Origin: Muribaculaceae bacterium
GTDB lineage: Bacteria; Bacteroidota; Bacteroidia; Bacteroidales; Muribaculaceae
Direction: 5' to 3'
Length of the DNA: 64,000 nucleotides
Assembly: GCA_029062985.1 (NCBI GenBank)
Contig: JAIDPA010000188.1
Location: 7,684-71,683, forward strand
This document shows positions 18,004-27,427 of this stretch, piece by piece. Made by a program: the position numbers and the translations under genes. The notes under the pieces were generated by a model, which saw only the letters and a list, made by a program, of their open reading frames with translations, did not search any database and was not told the DNA's origin. The number at the start of each line of letters is the position of its first letter. Position 1 is the first letter of the stretch.

Positions 18004-20007
18004 ATGGAATATTACAACGGCAGACTTTGTATATCGACTCGCGAACTATTCGACGGGGGCATTGTTACGGAGGCCAATTATCGCAATTGGACTAACCGTA
18101 ACCGTGTTGATGTCGTTCAGCGCGGTGGTGGAGCAAGGGGAAGCTATGCGCTCATTGCCGTTGACAGCCTCCCCGACCGCTACAAGGAGAGGGTCGAGGA
18201 AGTATATCCCGGCGGCGCACAGGCGCGACTTGAGGGATGGATCATGAGCAACTACACGGTGGATCAACAGGCGACTGCCTTTTTCTTCAGTAAAGAAAAA
18301 TGTGGCATTGCACTTCCGGCTGAGAAGGCCAAGGAGTACATTACCAACGCATCGGTCTTGAACACCTGCATCAAGCTCTATGAGAGAGCGGCTACGGCTC
18401 AGAAACTCTTCGGAGGGAAATATGATTGGACTATGATGGCAGCGACCATCGAGACCCTACGCAAACGTTTCGGCCACACACTCCCGGCTTCCACCCTTCG
18501 GTTCCGGAAGAAGGTGAATGACTACAAGGCCAACGGATACGCCTGTCTGGTCAGCGGCAAGTTCGGTAATCAGTCAGCCCGGAAGGTTGATTACAAGACC
18601 GAGCGTTTGATTATCAGTATTGATGCTATGCCAAATAAGCCTTGGAATACCAATGTGCTTGAACTTTATAATGCCTTTGTTACAGGGGAATATGAGGTTT
18701 ATGATCTCGAAACAGGCGAGATATTTAATCCGGATAATTTCACCGACAAAAACGGAGATCCTATGGTATTAAGCGAAGCTACTATCTGCAATTATCTGAA
18801 CAAGCCTAAAAACAAGCTGCTCATATCCAAGGCAACAATGAGCTATACCACATTCATGCATGAGGTTATGCCTCACATGCACAGACACCGTCCTGATTTT
18901 TCTTTGTCAAAAGTATCGTTCGATGACCGTGACCTACCGCGTAAACTTAAAGATAGCAAGCTTAGACCAAAGGCATATTATGCTTACGATGTTGCGAGCG
19001 ACTGCTGTATCGGTTTCGCTTATAATAGGTCCAAAAATCAGGATCTTGTAGTTGATATGTTCCGGAATATGTTCCGTCTGCTTGACAGGCACGGTTGGGG
19101 CTGCCCAGCAGAGGTTGAAGTCGAAAATCACCTTATGAGTCAGTGGAAGGACTCCTTCCTCCGAGCCGGAGTGATGTTCCCCTTCGTGCGGTTCTGCGCT
19201 CCGATGAACTCTCAGGAGAAACACGCCGAGCACAAGAACCGGTCAAAGAAAGTAAGTATCGAACACAAGAACCATGTCGGCATCGGCAGATTCTACGCCA
19301 AGAGCCGACAATACAGGACGGAGAGCAACAAGGTATTTGATGAGTTCAACAACACCTATATCGATAAAGAATACTATACATGGGATGAATTGATCGCCGA
19401 TGATATACGAGATATCTACGAATACAACCACGCATTGCATCCCAATCAGAAAAAATATAAAGGGATGACCCGATGGGATGTCCTTGTAGCAAATATCAAC
19501 CCTAATCTTCAGCCTCTTGACAAAGCAGTCATCGCACGGTATGTCGGAGAAAGGGTCAGCACAACGATCCGGCGCAATTCCTACTGCCGGGTGCTTCACA
19601 GGGATTGGTGGCTTAGCAAGACGGAGGTCATCGAGCAGCTTGCCCCAAATGATTACAAGGTTGATGCCTTCTACCTCACTGATGAAGAGGGGAACGTAAC
19701 CGACATGTTCATCTACCAAGGTGACAAATATATCGATCGCCTTGAGGATTTGGGGACCTACAACACGGCACGGGCCGAGCAGACCGAGGAGGATGAGAGA
19801 ATCTTCGTTGAGCAGCAGAAAAAGGTCAGCCACTTCAAGAGATATGTCGAAGACCACGCAATCGGGCGTGTGGGCGTAATAGAGCGTGACACACGTCCTC
19901 CGGCAATCGAAGTGGAAGAGGTGGCCCTCCCGGAGCCGGAATCGCGAGAAACGCAAGAATACGGCCTTGATGACGATTATTCAGCAAGAGCCTTGCAAGA
20001 CTTATAA
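18004..20007 (+). CDS. MuA-like DDE transposase
   Basis: 667 aa; SFDDRD, YAYDVAS, EVEVEN, QEK motifs; followed by a MuB-like ATPase. Confidence 0.85.
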   Translation: MEYYNGRLCISTRELFDGGIVTEANYRNWTNRNRVDVVQRGGGARGSYALIAVDSLPDRYKERVEEVYPGGAQARLEGWIMSNYTVDQQATAFFFSKEKCGIALPAEKAKEYITNASVLNTCIKLYERAATAQKLFGGKYDWTMMAATIETLRKRFGHTLPASTLRFRKKVNDYKANGYACLVSGKFGNQSARKVDYKTERLIISIDAMPNKPWNTNVLELYNAFVTGEYEVYDLETGEIFNPDNFTDKNGDPMVLSEATICNYLNKPKNKLLISKATMSYTTFMHEVMPHMHRHRPDFSLSKVSFDDRDLPRKLKDSKLRPKAYYAYDVASDCCIGFAYNRSKNQDLVVDMFRNMFRLLDRHGWGCPAEVEVENHLMSQWKDSFLRAGVMFPFVRFCAPMNSQEKHAEHKNRSKKVSIEHKNHVGIGRFYAKSRQYRTESNKVFDEFNNTYIDKEYYTWDELIADDIRDIYEYNHALHPNQKKYKGMTRWDVLVANINPNLQPLDKAVIARYVGERVSTTIRRNSYCRVLHRDWWLSKTEVIEQLAPNDYKVDAFYLTDEEGNVTDMFIYQGDKYIDRLEDLGTYNTARAEQTEEDERIFVEQQKKVSHFKRYVEDHAIGRVGVIERDTRPPAIEVEEVALPEPESRETQEYGLDDDYSARALQDL

Positions 20008-20030
20008 CGAAATTAAAACACTGTTAGAAT

Positions 20031-20903
20031 ATGATTACAACAGACATCAAAAATAAAATCCTCGCTGCTATAAAGGGAAACCGCGCCAACTATCCGAGTG
20101 ACGCGAAGCATGCCGCCTCTCTGGGCATCACGACCTCGGTGTACAGTGCGGTCAAGAACGGTCAGACCGAACGTGTTCTGAGCGATGCCAACTGGATAAG
20201 CATTGCCCGGAAACTCGGAGTAAGCCTCCGAGGAGAGATCGAATGGAAGGTGGCAAAGACACCGACATTTCAGTTTATCACCGCTCAGTTGGAGGCATGT
20301 CAAGGGAGTAGCATCAGTGCGATCATGTGTGACCTTCCCAATATCGGGAAGACCTTCACAGCCCGGCACTATGTCAAGACCCATGCCAACGCCATCTATA
20401 TCGACTGCTCACAGGTCAAGACAAAGCTCAAGCTCGTGAGGAAGATTGCCGGTGAGTTCGGAGTTGACAGCAAAGGGAGGTATGCAGACGTTTATGAAGA
20501 CCTTGTGTATTACCTGCGCTCGATTGAAAATCCGCTGATAATTCTCGATGAAGCCGGTGACCTTCAGTATGAAGCCTTCCTTGAGTTGAAGGCTTTGTGG
20601 AATGCGACCGAGAGATGCTGTGCGTGGTATATGATGGGAGCCGACGGTCTCAAGGAGAAGATCAACCGTTCCATCGAGTGCAAGAAGGTAGGCTATACCG
20701 AGATGCTCAGCCGATATGGTGACCGCTACAGCAAGGTCACACCGGACGATGGGAAGGAACGTCAGAAGTTCCTTCTCTCTCAAGCGCAGATTGTTGCCAA
20801 ACTCAACGCTCCGGAGGGAGCCGATCCCGGTGAGATTGCACGGAAGAGCGGCGGTGGTCTCCGGCGAGTTTATACCGAAATCGAAAAATTGAAGAGACTA
20901 TGA
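20031..20903 (+). CDS. MuB-like AAA transposition ATPase
   Basis: N-terminal HTH, NIGKT Walker A, IILDEAG Walker B. Confidence 0.9.
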   Translation: MITTDIKNKILAAIKGNRANYPSDAKHAASLGITTSVYSAVKNGQTERVLSDANWISIARKLGVSLRGEIEWKVAKTPTFQFITAQLEACQGSSISAIMCDLPNIGKTFTARHYVKTHANAIYIDCSQVKTKLKLVRKIAGEFGVDSKGRYADVYEDLVYYLRSIENPLIILDEAGDLQYEAFLELKALWNATERCCAWYMMGADGLKEKINRSIECKKVGYTEMLSRYGDRYSKVTPDDGKERQKFLLSQAQIVAKLNAPEGADPGEIARKSGGGLRRVYTEIEKLKRL

Positions 20904-21214
20904 GTTTAAAATTTATTCAGACACACGAAGCAAGCCGAGATTGCACTGCTCCGTATGACGTAGTGTTAGATAAGCCTTACACAATTACAGAGTTTATCCA
21001 TGAGGTGCTGACAACTCGCCCAAATGAGTGGGGGCAATTTAATATCAGACAAAAAGGGAGTAATTGGTTAGATCGTATGGCGGTTGTCGAGTATCGTTAC
21101 GGTAAAATGGAGAACCGAGATTGGGAAAAAATAGTAGCCTCGTTGCCCATTGAGGAAGTTAAAGCGAGGGGCGGATGGTCTGCTATGGATTATGATTTAA
21201 TAATTAAAGAATAA
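20900..21214 (+). CDS. Phage hypothetical protein
   Basis: ATGA overlap with MuB. Confidence 0.7.
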   Translation: MSLKFIQTHEASRDCTAPYDVVLDKPYTITEFIHEVLTTRPNEWGQFNIRQKGSNWLDRMAVVEYRYGKMENRDWEKIVASLPIEEVKARGGWSAMDYDLIIKE

Positions 21215-21216
21215 CG

Positions 21217-21483
21217 ATGACAGTAATTGAGAAACAATATATGGATTCGGTGATCAATATCAACCGAATTATGCGTAAGTCACAGGATGCGGAACCCGAT
21301 TGGGAGCAGCGTCGATATGAAATAGCCAAAGATGTTATGGCAAACATGATCGGAGCTGTCGTCAAAGGTGCAATCGATAAAAGAGCGATGTATGATCCCA
21401 ACCATATTTCGCTTGCAAAGTCTTCGGTGAATGCAGCAACAGCTCTTGTCAATGAACTGAAGAATACTCAAGAGAAGAAGTAA
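21217..21483 (+). CDS. Phage hypothetical protein (DWEQRRYEIAK type)
   Basis: Motif typical of Bacteroidales phage proteins. Confidence 0.7.
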   Translation: MTVIEKQYMDSVININRIMRKSQDAEPDWEQRRYEIAKDVMANMIGAVVKGAIDKRAMYDPNHISLAKSSVNAATALVNELKNTQEKK

Positions 21484-21485
21484 CG

Positions 21486-22112
21486 ATGGGCAAGCGAGCA
21501 TATAGTCCTAAAGAGGTTCTTGCCAAGACCTACAAGACCTTGCCTTGGGGAGAGAGATGGAGCCGACCTTTCGGTTTTCCTGCAATCAACGAGGCATGGT
21601 TCATAAGCGGAGCATCGGCTTCCGGCAAGAGCAGCTTTGTGATGCAGCTTGCCAAGGAACTCTGCAATTACGGCATGACTCTCTATCTCTCCCATGAGGA
21701 AGGTATCAGTCAGTCATTCAAGGAACGTATCGAGCGATTCAAGATGAAGGAGGTACAGGGACGATTCAGAATAGCCACAAGTGATACATACGATGAACTT
21801 GTAGAGAGGCTTTCTAAACCCAAGAGTCCTCACTTCGTGATAGTGGACAGCTTTCAAGTGGCAGGTTGGTCCTACGATCAAGCCAAGCAACTTATAGATC
21901 GCTTCCCGGCTAAAAGTTTCATCTTCATCTCGCAGGAACATAAAGGACAGCCAATGGGCAAGGCTGCTGTCAGGCTCCGCTACATAGCCGGAATAAAAGT
22001 CCGGGTTGTCGGATATAAGGCTTTTTGCCAAGGTCGCTTCACAGAAGATCCCGGTAGCTATTATGTAGTGTGGGAAGAAGGAGTCATAAGAACCTCAAAC
22101 AATATCGGATAA
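21486..22112 (+). CDS. RecA-fold P-loop ATPase
   Basis: GASASGKS Walker A, VIVDS Walker B. Confidence 0.8.
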   Translation: MGKRAYSPKEVLAKTYKTLPWGERWSRPFGFPAINEAWFISGASASGKSSFVMQLAKELCNYGMTLYLSHEEGISQSFKERIERFKMKEVQGRFRIATSDTYDELVERLSKPKSPHFVIVDSFQVAGWSYDQAKQLIDRFPAKSFIFISQEHKGQPMGKAAVRLRYIAGIKVRVVGYKAFCQGRFTEDPGSYYVVWEEGVIRTSNNIG

Positions 22113-22113
22113 A

Positions 22114-22332
22114 ATGAGCAAGAGAAGAGAAATGATCATACTTGAGCCGGACGGCAGAATCCATAAAGAGGCGTTCAGCTCCCGTCCAGTTACCTGTCCC
22201 TACTGTCACGGCAAAGGGTTTTTCCCGGCAACCAAGCGACAGCCTTGGGAAACGACATGTCCGGATTGCGAGGGAGCCGGTGAGGTCATCGCCTTGGTAA
22301 CGATAGATTGGAAACCTAATAAAATACAGTAA
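22114..22332 (+). CDS. DnaJ-type zinc-finger protein
   Basis: CPYCHGKG and CPDCEGAG. Confidence 0.75.
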   Translation: MSKRREMIILEPDGRIHKEAFSSRPVTCPYCHGKGFFPATKRQPWETTCPDCEGAGEVIALVTIDWKPNKIQ

Positions 22333-22333
22333 T

Positions 22334-22552
22334 ATGGCACAAAACATTGATCAGGCCTTCCGTCAGTTAGGCCGAAACGAAAAGACTCGATTCATCGAGA
22401 AGAATCTTGAGTATGCCTCAGAAGAGGCAGTGGCAGAATATGTGGACACTTACTTCTTGGGGGTAGCACGACATCTGCCCATAGAGACAATTGAGGCTAT
22501 GCTTCACTCAAAGGAAGATCAGAATAAGAGCAATGAAGCAGCAGGTAACTAA
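22334..22552 (+). CDS. Phage hypothetical protein
   Basis: 72-aa ORF in operon. Confidence 0.65.
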   Translation: MAQNIDQAFRQLGRNEKTRFIEKNLEYASEEAVAEYVDTYFLGVARHLPIETIEAMLHSKEDQNKSNEAAGN

Positions 22553-23021
22553 CTTCGGGCGGTTCTACTCAGCTTTCCACCGACTAAAAATCCACGGGGA
22601 GCCGGAAGATGTCAAGAAGCAGATCGTCAGCCAATACACCTCCGGGCGCACGGACTCTCTCAAGGAAATGACGCGAAAAGAATATATCGCCATGTGCATC
22701 GCACTTGAGGGGATGAACGGCACGAGGGACGAACTGAGGCGACGGCGGAGCATTGCCCTCAAGCTGATGCAGGAACTTGAAGTGGATACTACCGATTGGG
22801 CGCAGATTAACGATTTCTGCCGACACCCCCGGATTGCCGGGAAGGAGTTCGGGAAACTCGACATCGAGGAACTGATGGAACTGGCGACTCGTCTACGGGC
22901 GATAAAGCGCAAGGGATGGGAGAGGAAGAAGGACGCCGCTGCTCCGGAACCCACCACTCCGACACAGAGAATTACGTATTTAATCAACCTTGCCTCCCCA
23001 GGCATGACAAGTTACAACTGA
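22533..23021 (+). CDS. Phage protein, possibly GemA/gp16-like
   Basis: SGRTDSLKEMT..EY motif; position in Mu-like semi-essential region. Confidence 0.55.
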   Translation: MKQQVTNFGRFYSAFHRLKIHGEPEDVKKQIVSQYTSGRTDSLKEMTRKEYIAMCIALEGMNGTRDELRRRRSIALKLMQELEVDTTDWAQINDFCRHPRIAGKEFGKLDIEELMELATRLRAIKRKGWERKKDAAAPEPTTPTQRITYLINLASPGMTSYN

Positions 23022-23022
23022 T

Positions 23023-23187
23023 ATGAGTCTTACCGTTATAGTCAAAAATTATCTCACTTCTTATACCTCCGACATGGAGAATGGTGATTATATTGACTTC
23101 ATGAGAGAACTTGCAGAGTGGGCTACAAGTCAAGCTGACATCGCGGAATACCGTGCGGAAAACCTCGATGAATTCAACGAAGAATAA
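23023..23187 (+). CDS. Small acidic protein, 54 aa (not in the ORF track)
   Basis: MSLTVIVKNY...ENLDEFNEE*, fills the gap before gam. Confidence 0.6.
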   Translation: MSLTVIVKNYLTSYTSDMENGDYIDFMRELAEWATSQADIAEYRAENLDEFNEE

Positions 23188-23208
23188 TAACCCTTAATAA
23201 CACCAACA

Positions 23209-23766
23209 ATGGCAAAAAGACAGAAAAAGACAGTTATCTCCGGCGTGAGCAAGGAAACCGCCGAAGAAGCCTTTGCAACCTACGCCAAGGCAGACGCTGA
23301 ACGTGCGAAAATCACAGCCGAAATTGAGTTGAAATGCGCAAAGATACGAGAGAAACATCAAGATCGCCTGTCGCAACTCCAAGCAACCCAGGACGAGGCT
23401 TTCGACACCCTTCAGGCATTCGCGACCGAGAATCAGCCGGAACTCTTCAGCAAAAAGAAGAGTCTTGAGATGGTTCATGGAACCATTGGTTTCCGTACAG
23501 GCACCCCCAAACTCAAAACCCTCAAGGGTTTCACATGGGCGAGCGCATTACAGCTCGTTAAGGAATTCCTACCTAACTTTATCCGCTCAACAGAGGAGAT
23601 TGCAAAGGACAGGTTGCTCATGGAGCGCGACACAGAAGTCCTCAAGCCGGGAGATCCACTTGGAGCCGGAGTTCCCCTCCGCGAGGTTATGACCAAGTGT
23701 GGCATCTCGGTCGTTCAGGATGAAACATTCTTTGTAGAACCCAAAAAAGAGGAAGGTGCCGCATGA
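23209..23766 (+). CDS. gam: Mu Gam-like host-nuclease inhibitor
   Basis: Coiled coil then KKSLEMVHGTIGFRTGTPKL...GISVVQDETFFVEP. Confidence 0.85.
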   Translation: MAKRQKKTVISGVSKETAEEAFATYAKADAERAKITAEIELKCAKIREKHQDRLSQLQATQDEAFDTLQAFATENQPELFSKKKSLEMVHGTIGFRTGTPKLKTLKGFTWASALQLVKEFLPNFIRSTEEIAKDRLLMERDTEVLKPGDPLGAGVPLREVMTKCGISVVQDETFFVEPKKEEGAA

Positions 23767-23957
23767 AGAGAGAAATAGAACGACCTCCCAAGGTTGCCCT
23801 CTGCCGGATTTGCAAAGGAACTGGCAGGGTGGCCGGAGATGAAGAAGGCGAATTCCATACTTGCCTTCAGTGTGAAGGAAGCGGAAGGGTGACAGTGAGC
23901 TGTCAGATGACGCTCGACATCCGACCGTATAAACCGAAAAAACAAAACCAACACTGA
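23763..23957 (+). CDS. DnaJ-type zinc-finger protein
   Basis: CRICKGTG and CLQCEGSG. Confidence 0.75.
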   Translation: MKREIERPPKVALCRICKGTGRVAGDEEGEFHTCLQCEGSGRVTVSCQMTLDIRPYKPKKQNQH

Positions 23958-23963
23958 TGAAAG

Positions 23964-24197
23964 ATGGGTAAGAAACCCGGACATAGTTATCAGAAGCGTG
24001 TCGCAGAGATCAACAGGATATATGACCTTTATGCCAAACAAGGGATTCCCAACCGGGAAATATGGCTAAGGTACATATATCCTGCTCATGGTATCTGTGA
24101 GCGTACTTTCTATAACATGTTGAAGGCTCCTACAAAGCCCGGTTTCAACCCAACCGAAGATCAGAGTCCAACACTATTCGATGACCTCGATGACTGA
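23964..24197 (+). CDS. Small HTH protein, possible late regulator
   Basis: EIWLRYIYPAHGICERTFYNML. Confidence 0.65.
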   Translation: MGKKPGHSYQKRVAEINRIYDLYAKQGIPNREIWLRYIYPAHGICERTFYNMLKAPTKPGFNPTEDQSPTLFDDLDD

Positions 24198-24741
24198 CAA
24201 TTTTACAAAAACGCTTAAGAAAGTACTCCGTGATATTCAAGTTGAACTCACTGATGAGTTTGACAGGAATTTCGAGAGGGAAGCATTCTTTTCGGAAGCG
24301 TGGGAACGTAGAAAAAGTCCTACGCGTCCCAATGGCCATATACTTGTTGACTCCGGCACGTTAAGACGTAGCATCCGGAGCGAAATCAAGGAGAGCAGTA
24401 TAGTTTTCAAAAGCGACCTCCCTTATGCAGCGATTCATAATGAAGGTGGGGAAATAAAAGTAACCCAACGCATGAAGCGATTTTTCTGGTATAAATATTA
24501 TTCGACCACGGGGAGTTTCGGCAGACGGAAGGACGGGAGCCTCCGAAGAGACAAAAGGAACCGTCAACTCACGACAGAGGCAGATTTTTGGAAATGTATG
24601 GCTTTAATGAAAGTAGGTACATCAATCAAGATTCCTCGTCGTCAATTTCTTGGTAATTCGCCAGAAGTTGAGAATGCAGTCCGAGAGATTATCGAAGAGA
24701 ATATTACTGAATATTTCAGAACAGATTTCAATATCAGATAA
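24190..24741 (+). CDS. Virion morphogenesis protein (Mu gpG-like)
   Basis: ILVDSGTLRRSI, YAAIHNEGG, IPRRQFLG. Confidence 0.85.
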   Translation: MTDNFTKTLKKVLRDIQVELTDEFDRNFEREAFFSEAWERRKSPTRPNGHILVDSGTLRRSIRSEIKESSIVFKSDLPYAAIHNEGGEIKVTQRMKRFFWYKYYSTTGSFGRRKDGSLRRDKRNRQLTTEADFWKCMALMKVGTSIKIPRRQFLGNSPEVENAVREIIEENITEYFRTDFNIR

Positions 24742-24742
24742 G

Positions 24743-25231
24743 ATGAGAAAAGAACTTTACAACAAACTGAAATCGCGTCTTCACGCCTTGTGCGTGAACG
24801 CAGCCGGGGAATATGAAATTGCTCCGGCAGAGATGGATGATGACCTGAGTAACCGTGCGATCAAGCACATTGACCTGTGGAACCGGAACGTGGAATTCAT
24901 CGATCAGGAGACGGCATGGAATCGTCCGGCAGTATTCATCGAGTTCGAACCGATCCATTGGATAACGATAGTGCCGGGTATTGAGTACCGAGCTGAAGCA
25001 AGAGTACGTCTGCACATCGTTACCGACTGGGTTACGGCAGTGGAAGATGGTACTGATGGTGCCGGAAAATTCTTTGAGCTGCCCGACAAGATCCATGATG
25101 CACTTGCCGGTCTTGAGGGGAACAGTTTCACGGATTTCGCTCTTGCCGAATCCCTGACAAACCACAACCATGAGGATATCGTCGAAAGCATAGAGGTTTA
25201 TAGCTTCGTTGCTTTACGCAGAACCGAATAA
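24743..25231 (+). CDS. Probable tail completion/terminator protein
   Basis: HIDLWN...PAVFIEF..I.W motif; follows gpG. Confidence 0.6.
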   Translation: MRKELYNKLKSRLHALCVNAAGEYEIAPAEMDDDLSNRAIKHIDLWNRNVEFIDQETAWNRPAVFIEFEPIHWITIVPGIEYRAEARVRLHIVTDWVTAVEDGTDGAGKFFELPDKIHDALAGLEGNSFTDFALAESLTNHNHEDIVESIEVYSFVALRRTE

Positions 25232-25254
25232 ACGCGCTGTGTCGCGTTAAAAGT

Positions 25255-25291
25255 TAGAGAGCCGTTACCTTAATCGGGTGACGGCTCTCTT
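25255..25291. terminator. Hairpin between convergent genes
   Basis: AGAGAGCCGTTACC / GGTGACGGCTCTCT. Confidence 0.7.
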
Positions 25292-25316
25292 GCGATATAT
25301 GGGCGAGAAAAAGGCA

Positions 25317-26189
25317 TTATGCAGCGTTGTCGGGAGGGAGGTCGGGTATCGTGAAGAGCATGATGTCCGTGTACCGGGCATTATAGTTCATTGTTGCCTT
25401 AAACTCCCTCCTCTGACACCGGGCGAATGGGTCGCCAAGCGATGGATGGCGTCCCATCCACTCGCACAGTTCAACAATGCAGGATTTCTCGGAGGTGAAA
25501 TATATAAAATTGTGCCCCGGCAAGACGGAAAGCACATCGAGGTAGTCAGCGAGTCGCCAATACATCCTGTATGTGCCCACATCGGTTAACAGGTATGGCG
25601 GATCAACAAGGAATACCACTTCCGGAGTGTCTTTGAAGCGTTCAAACAGTTCCCGGTAATCACAGGACTCTATCTCAAGACCAGCGAGGTATTCCGGGCA
25701 ACGCTCATAGTCAGTTTTACGGACGTTGTTGTATAGCACCTCCGACCGCATATCATTGATCGTGAGCTTGTATTTCATCGAGAACATGAGGGATGAAGAG
25801 AGGGTAATGAAATCGATATACCCGTTCTCACGTTCCTCGTTCTCAAGCAGCTCGAAGATACTTTTGCGAGCATCGCCAGTAATCGGTTTATGCCGGGGAA
25901 CTTGCTCTGTAATTTGTCGGATCTGAGATAGGAGCCTGTTCGTCCCTGGGATATTGTCGATACGGTGTCGGTAATTGTCGAAGTCATTGTATATTACCCT
26001 TGACTCCGGGTGATAGTGCTTGGTGATGTGGGAAAGCAAGCCGGAGCCTCCGAACAGATCAACGAAGACAGTCCCGGCAGGATATTGCTTTATCACCTCG
26101 ATGAAGTGCTTTGCGAACATCCTCTTCTGCCCCACGAAAGGGAGAGGTGCAGAAAGGTAAAGTTTATGTGGAGTGGATATAGTCGCCAT
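25317..26189 (-). CDS. DNA adenine methyltransferase (Dam/D12 class)
   Basis: PLPFVGQK, DLFGGSG, YNDFD, DPPY. Confidence 0.9.
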   Translation of the reverse strand: MATISTPHKLYLSAPLPFVGQKRMFAKHFIEVIKQYPAGTVFVDLFGGSGLLSHITKHYHPESRVIYNDFDNYRHRIDNIPGTNRLLSQIRQITEQVPRHKPITGDARKSIFELLENEERENGYIDFITLSSSLMFSMKYKLTINDMRSEVLYNNVRKTDYERCPEYLAGLEIESCDYRELFERFKDTPEVVFLVDPPYLLTDVGTYRMYWRLADYLDVLSVLPGHNFIYFTSEKSCIVELCEWMGRHPSLGDPFARCQRREFKATMNYNARYTDIMLFTIPDLPPDNAA

Positions 26190-26257
26190 AGTTTTGAGGG
26201 TTTGAATGATGCAAAGATAGCGTCCCGGCGACTGTGGCACACTATCAGAACCGCGAA

Positions 26258-26500
26258 TTACACTGCACCGGAATTGCAGTCGGTTTGAAACCGCTTGATC
26301 AGCGAATATACCTTCCGTTCCGATATGTGGTAATTGGTGGCAAGGCAAGCCACCGCATAGGATACTTTGTCTCCGGCAGCGACCATATTGTTATAGTCGG
26401 TGAAAAGGTCGATATATTCCGTATCCTCAAGCCGGATTCCGGAATTTCTTATTCTGTCAAGCAATTCGCGGTTGAATTTCAGAATTTCAAATATGGTCAT
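26258..26500 (-). CDS. Small HTH protein
   Basis: LATNYHISERKVYSLIKRF. Confidence 0.7.
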   Translation of the reverse strand: MTIFEILKFNRELLDRIRNSGIRLEDTEYIDLFTDYNNMVAAGDKVSYAVACLATNYHISERKVYSLIKRFQTDCNSGAV

Positions 26501-26851
26501 CTCACGAATTTTTTGTAATTTTGCAACGTCTCACTTTTAAAAACAGCGCACTTGTAGCGCAAAACAATACCTGCATACGAGGTCGAGAGGGTATATTGCT
26601 CCCGGCTACCTCGTATGCAGGTGTTATGTTTTTAGAAAGTGAGACGTCTAATTACAGCCGGGGGCATTTTTTTATGCCCAATCGCGAAAGTTTTTACAAT
26701 AAATTACGTGAGCGTTGGTTGATAAACTTTTGTAATTCAGAAATAGTTTGTAATTTTGCGAAACAAGCAATCAAGGATGCGTCAGATAGAGGCTTCGGCC
26801 TACCTGGTGGCTCTTGGTTGTTTTTTTAATTATACATACTAAATCTTCAAA

Positions 26852-27310
26852 ATGTATTACGAAGAAGAGATCAAGAAGTTAGAATTTGACAGTTCTGTGA
26901 AGCTAATAACCGAATTAATAAACCGGCGGGCGCAGACACTTGAATCTCTGCACCGACATCTGACCACTTTGTCCTCAACACTGCTTGGGATACTTGCTGT
27001 TTTCGGAGGGTCAGAGTCAAGGTCTCCTCTGTCTCATTGGGGGATATTTCTCGGAGCGACCTCACTATTTCTGTGTCTGCTTTCGGGTATCTACTGCATG
27101 TGGCAATATTATAGAATTCTCGACAAATCCACGAAGATTCAGGCAAAGAATCTACAGGAGTTTGGAAGTGTTCGGTTCGAATCAGTAGCATTCCCAAAGC
27201 CATACGGAATCGCTGCCATCTTCTGCCCAGCCATCTTCTGCTTAGGCGTTCTGTTCTTACTGGGCGCAGTAGTGTCGCGGTTAGAACTTTTTCAGCTGTT
27301 TCAATCATAA
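26852..27310 (+). CDS. Moron-type membrane protein
   Basis: Three hydrophobic segments; own TAATTTTG promoter; opposite strand to both neighbours. Confidence 0.7.
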   Translation: MYYEEEIKKLEFDSSVKLITELINRRAQTLESLHRHLTTLSSTLLGILAVFGGSESRSPLSHWGIFLGATSLFLCLLSGIYCMWQYYRILDKSTKIQAKNLQEFGSVRFESVAFPKPYGIAAIFCPAIFCLGVLFLLGAVVSRLELFQLFQS

Positions 27311-27427
27311 AATATGATACATTTTATAGAGATTATTTGGAAAATAAGGAAATAAGCATTAACTTTGCGATAACGATTCCGTAGCTAATGACTACCGATT
27401 CGTTGTCTGCGGGGGCTGGCCATTTGG

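Noticed and set aside
26521-26829. 102-aa CDS
   Set aside because: Starts at a TTG within a promoter box and spans nested inverted repeats; a non-coding role fits better.
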